Translations under genes and position numbers: made by a program | Part shown: piece by piece, positions 59,967 to 64,000 of the stretch | How positions within the stretch are numbered: position 1 is the first letter of the stretch | Layout: each line of letters opens with the position of its first letter | The notes under the pieces: generated by a model | Told to the model about the DNA's origin: nothing | The model's input: the letters and a program-made list of their open reading frames with translations, nothing else | Databases searched by the model: none | From: a virus | Length of the DNA stretch: 64,000 nt | Virus record (IMG/VR): IMGVR_UViG_3300008113_004623 | Location: 36,503-100,502 of that record | Strand: one strand, 5' to 3'

Positions 59967-60247
59967 TATTTAAAATTTAAAGGGTGGTTGGGGTGATTGT
60001 GAATAATTTGGAAATGATGTTTTCCAGGAATTTTGCCTTGAGGTTCAATGTAATCTACGCGAGATTTTACTTGCCATCTAACCCGTACACGACTAACTAC
60101 TTTCTCTCTAGGCGGATTGATTAAGTTTTTTAGTTCTTTCAGTTTTTTAATAGTCTGTGCCTCTGTTGTACAATGCACTAAGACTTCTAACATAGGACCA
60201 TTAACTTGGATTGAGATTTGTTTCTGTTCTTTGTTAGCCTTTTTCAT
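59966..60247 (-). CDS. Hypothetical basic protein
   Basis: 93-aa coupled ORF. Confidence 0.65.
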   Translation of the reverse strand: MKKANKEQKQISIQVNGPMLEVLVHCTTEAQTIKKLKELKNLINPPREKVVSRVRVRWQVKSRVDYIEPQGKIPGKHHFQIIHNHPNHPLNFK

Positions 60248-60251
60248 ACTT

Positions 60252-60923
60252 TTAAGGTTTAATCATTTTCAGAGTATGCTCAAACGGATTGCCTTCTATG
60301 TTTTCTACTAGTCTACACATTTCCCAGGCGATATCTCGAATTTCGACTTGTGCGTGTTCTGAAGCACGAAGTTTTAAAAAATTAGCAAAGGATCGCATGT
60401 TAAACTGTACGTCTGCTGTAATCTGAGAGTTGTACGTCTTAAAAAATCTAGCAGACTCTTTAGCACGTTTACGCCCGAGGATAGGAGTAAGGTCTTCAAG
60501 ACATTTGTGATATAGTTTATCACAATTTTCAGTATTTTCTCTCAAGGTTTTTGCCCAAGCTCTCAAAGTAGCGTTTTCTAAATTAGAATTATCTAATGTA
60601 AAGTCCCAATCTTCTGGAATGTAATACTTATCTTCCTTTAATTCTTTGTAACGAGCAGACTCAGCGTTGATGCTTGCAATACGGTGCTTTAAAAGATGGA
60701 TATGCGATGCAATGTCACACGTCACCAAGAAATGTACGTTCGCTTTCTCGAATGGAGTTTCGTGTCCTTCTGACCACAACATCTCGATGAGTTTAGGAAT
60801 ACGTGCTTCTTTCTCTGGACTTAACTCTCTTGATGTACTAGTCCATGCGCTTTGGGCAATCACCCTGTCACTTCCGTAGAAGCCTAAGAGTTCGACTGTA
60901 TTTTGATTATTCTTATGTACCAT
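60252..60923 (-). CDS. thyX: Flavin-dependent thymidylate synthase
   Basis: GHETPFE; KHR-x7-SARY; ESAR; NMRS..FLKLR..HAQVEIR. Confidence 0.93.
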   Translation of the reverse strand: MVHKNNQNTVELLGFYGSDRVIAQSAWTSTSRELSPEKEARIPKLIEMLWSEGHETPFEKANVHFLVTCDIASHIHLLKHRIASINAESARYKELKEDKYYIPEDWDFTLDNSNLENATLRAWAKTLRENTENCDKLYHKCLEDLTPILGRKRAKESARFFKTYNSQITADVQFNMRSFANFLKLRASEHAQVEIRDIAWEMCRLVENIEGNPFEHTLKMIKP

Positions 60924-61090
60924 TGGTCTGATATATTTTCATTATTAAATTCTGATTCAAATCCTTTGAGCGTGTAAACTCGTCCTTGCTGTTCAGCAAT
61001 TTTGATAAATTCTTCATCAGTTAAATCAACAATTGATAAGTCTGATGTTTCCCACTCAGTGAGGTCAATTGCATAAATTCTGTACTCCAT
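60884..61090 (-). CDS. Hypothetical protein
   Basis: 68 aa, LTDEEFI..AEQQGRVYTL.GF. Confidence 0.7.
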   Translation of the reverse strand: MEYRIYAIDLTEWETSDLSIVDLTDEEFIKIAEQQGRVYTLKGFESEFNNENISDQWYIRIIKIQSNS

Positions 61091-61112
61091 ACTTCTTTAA
61101 TCTATTTATAGT

Positions 61113-61682
61113 TTACAGACCGTTTTGCATTTGTTGGAGATCTTCTTGTTTTTTGATTTCTACGTTCTCTGTGTTTTCGTACATAATCATAACACAGTTT
61201 GTGCGGCTAACCTGTACAAGTTTAGGAAAGTCACTATGTACTCCTTCTGTCCAAACACAAAATTTTGTATAGTTGCCTGAACTTACTGCTTGTAACTCAT
61301 ATCCGTCGCCATAAAAATAAGGACTCGTAAAATAATCAAAAGAATCAGATGGCTCTCCGTATTTAGAAATTAAAACTGCTACTTTCTCTTCGTAATTTGC
61401 AATTAAACGCTCAAAAGTAAAGTTTTCTGGAAAATACACTACAACTTTATAAACATAACGGTTCTTACGAGTGTGCATTACATATACATCTACTTTTTCG
61501 TTGGCAATTTTACCTGTGTAAAGATAACCACTGGCAATGGTTTTTTGATAAACAAAGCCTTTAGTAGCTAGTTTTTGCCTAAATACGTCTACGTTTCCGC
61601 TTAACGGAATACCTGAGAATGTTTGACCTACTGCAATAGCAGAGCATAGCGTTAGTAACGCTACGATAAATAATCTTTTCAT
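61113..61682 (-). CDS. Exported protein with signal peptide
   Basis: MKRLFIVALLTLCSAIAVG/QTF signal peptide with Gln at +1. Confidence 0.7.
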   Translation of the reverse strand: MKRLFIVALLTLCSAIAVGQTFSGIPLSGNVDVFRQKLATKGFVYQKTIASGYLYTGKIANEKVDVYVMHTRKNRYVYKVVVYFPENFTFERLIANYEEKVAVLISKYGEPSDSFDYFTSPYFYGDGYELQAVSSGNYTKFCVWTEGVHSDFPKLVQVSRTNCVMIMYENTENVEIKKQEDLQQMQNGL

Positions 61683-61685
61683 TAA

Positions 61686-62084
61686 TTAAAGTTGGTTTTT
61701 AGATTGAAAGGTTTCTTTTACTTGTTTAGAAATAGGAATGGGTTCCCCTTCTTCGTCTACTCGAACAAAAGTCATACAGGTTTGTAAGAGAATAACTTCG
61801 TCTTCTCTAAATACATTATATGCTCGAGCTTCTACTCTGAAAGTAGCTGACGTGTTACCTATGCGAATCATTTCAGCGTAGATCTTAACCAAATGCTTTT
61901 CTTTAGCTGGTTTTTTAAATACGCACTGGTCGATAGATATGGTAATCATGTTTTGTGTGTGGCATTTCTCCATTGCATAAGCGGCTAAAGCAGCATCTAC
62001 CCAAGCTAAGAGTTTGCCTCCAAAAAGATTACCGTGAAATCCAAGGTCAGATTTCTTTACGGGATGTGTTACTAATAAATCCAT
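61686..62084 (-). CDS. Hotdog-fold acyl-CoA thioesterase
   Basis: DLGFHGNLFGGKLLAWVD; FKKP; GNTS; TFVRVDEEGEPIP. Confidence 0.88.
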   Translation of the reverse strand: MDLLVTHPVKKSDLGFHGNLFGGKLLAWVDAALAAYAMEKCHTQNMITISIDQCVFKKPAKEKHLVKIYAEMIRIGNTSATFRVEARAYNVFREDEVILLQTCMTFVRVDEEGEPIPISKQVKETFQSKNQL

Positions 62085-62253
62085 TGGTTTTAAATTGTTT
62101 TTCTTGCTCCGATTTATAGTTATAAGCTTGTTGTTCTTGATTTTCTGGGAATACTTTGTAAATGGTGTTTGCTAGATTATACACTACCCAAACAAGCTGC
62201 GAATCTATAGAAGGATCGGTGTTAATTTGTAGTTGAACGTAAATCTGGTGCAT
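62047..62253 (-). CDS. Hypothetical protein
   Basis: 68-aa ORF. Confidence 0.55.
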   Translation of the reverse strand: MHQIYVQLQINTDPSIDSQLVWVVYNLANTIYKVFPENQEQQAYNYKSEQEKQFKTNGFISNTSRKEI

Positions 62254-62256
62254 AAT

Positions 62257-62283
62257 AAAAAAGGCCAGCTATTAACTGGCCTT
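62257..62283 (-). terminator. Rho-independent terminator
   Basis: Minus strand AAGGCCAG-TTAATAG-CTGGCCTT-TTTT. Confidence 0.85.
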
Positions 62284-62287
62284 ATCG

Positions 62288-62530
62288 TTAAATGATGTAG
62301 TCTAGTTCATCGTCATCAAGGTCCATTTCATCGTTTTGATTAGCCTCTTTATCTAGTAGGTATCTTTCAATACAAGCATAAAGTGACTCTTCTCTTTCGT
62401 TGAAAGGAGATTTTTCAAACTCTTTATAGAGTCTAGGTAGATTGTCAAATTGCTCATCATAAGGTAAGCTAGCAAAATCTTCATCATATTCTTTGAGAAG
62501 ACAGCTAAATAAATATTCATCGTAGCCCAT
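62288..62530 (-). CDS. Hypothetical acidic protein
   Basis: 80 aa, Asp/Glu-rich. Confidence 0.7.
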   Translation of the reverse strand: MGYDEYLFSCLLKEYDEDFASLPYDEQFDNLPRLYKEFEKSPFNEREESLYACIERYLLDKEANQNDEMDLDDDELDYII

Positions 62531-62535
62531 AGTTC

Positions 62536-62763
62536 TTATTTAATACTCTCAAAACTTCCTGTTACGTATGTCAAGTTTTCTGTGTAGACTACTTGACCGT
62601 AACCTTTTGATGAAGGATTTTTGCTTTTAGTAGATAAGAACTTTCTTTCAATTCTATCCAGTAATTCTTTATCTTTTACTAAAACCCAGTCTTCACCGCT
62701 TTTCTCTAAAACTTGCACGATTTCTACTTCATCGTGATTAAATTCAAATACTACCTTGTACAT
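62536..62763 (-). CDS. Hypothetical protein
   Basis: 75-aa ORF. Confidence 0.65.
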   Translation of the reverse strand: MYKVVFEFNHDEVEIVQVLEKSGEDWVLVKDKELLDRIERKFLSTKSKNPSSKGYGQVVYTENLTYVTGSFESIK

Positions 62764-62764
62764 T

Positions 62765-62965
62765 TTATTTCTTTTTTGATTTCTTGAAGTAACCTGAATG
62801 TATGCGGGAAATATTTCTTTGTTCCCAAATAAGATGTAATTGCCATCTGTACCACTTAATTAAGTCAATTCCATTCGTGTTACAGTGGTCAATAAACTGA
62901 GGACTCATCTTATTAGTCAGAGATGCTATCCTGGACATAGTTAGAGAGTCTTGAATCTTCGTCAC
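62765..62965 (-). CDS. Hypothetical protein
   Basis: 66-aa ORF. Confidence 0.55.
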   Translation of the reverse strand: MTKIQDSLTMSRIASLTNKMSPQFIDHCNTNGIDLIKWYRWQLHLIWEQRNISRIHSGYFKKSKKK

Positions 62966-63209
62966 TGTTAATAAAGTTGGTTTGATTTTCCGCTAAATTA
63001 CTAAAAATTTGCGGAGTTTCAAACTCTTCTATTAACGTTTCTTCCTGTTCAAAATAAGCATTAGTATTCTCCCTTACAGAAAGATTATCTAGTGCTTCTT
63101 TAAACTTAAGCATGTCTGCTTCAATCATTTGATCTAATTCTGCGAGTACTTCTTCAAACGATTTTTCTTTAATGCTTTTAATGCTTTTAGTACTTTTAGT
63201 GTTTTCCAT
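62913..63209 (-). CDS. Hypothetical protein
   Basis: Probable start MENTKSTKSIKSIK at 63209. Confidence 0.6.
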   Translation of the reverse strand: MENTKSTKSIKSIKEKSFEEVLAELDQMIEADMLKFKEALDNLSVRENTNAYFEQEETLIEEFETPQIFSNLAENQTNFINSDEDSRLSNYVQDSISD

Positions 63210-63321
63210 AGTTTTAAAATGTATGATAAATCCTACTTTAATGTGATAAATGGCCATTAATGACGCATAAATCCGTCATTTTGGTACTTTAATGACAACT
63301 TATTGTGATTTTTTCACAAAT

Positions 63322-63357
63322 AGCACCCTCAAGAGCTCCCTCAAAAGCACCCTCAAA
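63322..63357. repeat. Three tandem 12-bp repeats AGC(A/T)CCCTCAA(G/A)
   Basis: 63322-63333, 63334-63345, 63346-63357, intergenic. Confidence 0.9.
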
Positions 63358-63384
63358 AAAAGCCACTAAATGCTAATTAGTGGC
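63355..63384 (-). terminator. Rho-independent terminator
   Basis: GCCACTAA/TTAGTGGC stem followed by T7 on the minus strand. Confidence 0.8.
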
Positions 63385-63447
63385 AAATTATAGATAAAGT
63401 GGTATGCTTTATTGAGCAGAATTTAGTTTACTAAAATCTTCCTCCGC

Positions 63448-63642
63448 TTATTTGTAGTTTTGATCGTTGTAAAGTTTAACTGATGAATACATCAATGCTG
63501 CAAAAATTGGGGCGAACAAAGCGTACATTACCCTTGCTTCTGTCTTCCAATACTTAGCATTTAATTCCCATATGGCAAATGATATCAATAGGTATATTGC
63601 CACCATTGTTAAAAGTGCTGCAATTATTGGATTAATCTTCAT
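63448..63642 (-). CDS. Small two-TM membrane protein
   Basis: Two hydrophobic segments. Confidence 0.7.
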   Translation of the reverse strand: MKINPIIAALLTMVAIYLLISFAIWELNAKYWKTEARVMYALFAPIFAALMYSSVKLYNDQNYK

Positions 63643-63839
63643 TTGTTACCTCCGTATGTTAATTCAGTAATTCTAACTTCTATTATTCCGTTCCAATGAT
63701 TTTCTTTAACAAACTTTTCAATATCTCCTAATGTTGTATTTTCATCACAAAGCATTGATGGATTAATCAATTTAAAATTGTCTGGTGAAATTTGTATGCT
63801 TGTTGTAAAAGTCGCTACATATTGTTTATTGTTGCTCAT
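63639..63839 (-). CDS. Hypothetical protein ending YGGNK
   Basis: ATGA overlaps at both ends. Confidence 0.7.
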   Translation of the reverse strand: MSNNKQYVATFTTSIQISPDNFKLINPSMLCDENTTLGDIEKFVKENHWNGIIEVRITELTYGGNK

Positions 63840-63850
63840 TTGTTACCTCC
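63639..63850 (-). repeat. Identical 15-bp gene-junction repeat GGAGGTAACAAATGA
   Basis: Copies at 63639-63653 and 63836-63850. Confidence 0.9.
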
Positions 63851-64000
63851 TTGTACAATTTCAATTAACTTTCTAAGACAAGCAAGTTCTGCTTCTTCGT
63901 AGGTATCATAATAACCAAATATATTATCGTTTACAAAATAAATAAAACTACTTCTGTCACTTGATTTTTGAATACACCCTAATCTACCATACTTCTCTCT
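63836..64000 (-). CDS. Partial hypothetical protein (5' end beyond window)
   Basis: Open frame ...YDTYEEAELACLRKLIEIVQGGNK-stop. Confidence 0.7.
   Translation of the reverse strand, partial: REKYGRLGCIQKSSDRSSFIYFVNDNIFGYYDTYEEAELACLRKLIEIVQGGNK

Noticed and set aside
63322-63357. CRISPR-like array
   Set aside because: 12-bp tandem repeats without spacers; no cas genes.

Overview
The window is an internal 64 kb segment of a lytic crAss-like (Crassvirales-type) phage. The host is probably a Bacteroidota bacterium (TAnnTTTG promoters, tmRNA tag starting with Gly, Gln-at-+1 signal peptides), and the phage uses the standard genetic code. Positions 1-39387 are on the + strand: tail stabilisation/muzzle protein, capsid cargo proteins, three giant ejection proteins including the single-chain virion RNA polymerase (DFDIDK), a tail-fibre-like gene, holin and spanin-like genes, and a complete tmRNA. 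Positions 39447-64000 are on the - strand: PolA, primase, DnaB-like helicase, Sak4-like ATPase, UDG, ThyX, dCMP deaminase, HNH, peptidase, thioesterase and many small ORFs. The two arms converge on a bidirectional hairpin. Main observations: (1) about 7,500 residues of the three giant proteins contain only four Cys by manual scan, all at facing termini, suggesting a head-to-tail linked ejection chain; (2) a (M/Y/F)xxGG motif recurs through four cargo genes and divides one into effector-like GNAT/ART cassettes; (3) a +1 frame break splits the third giant gene; (4) the tmRNA has an unusually long 24-codon tag. All family assignments are motif recognition by eye; no database searches were run.
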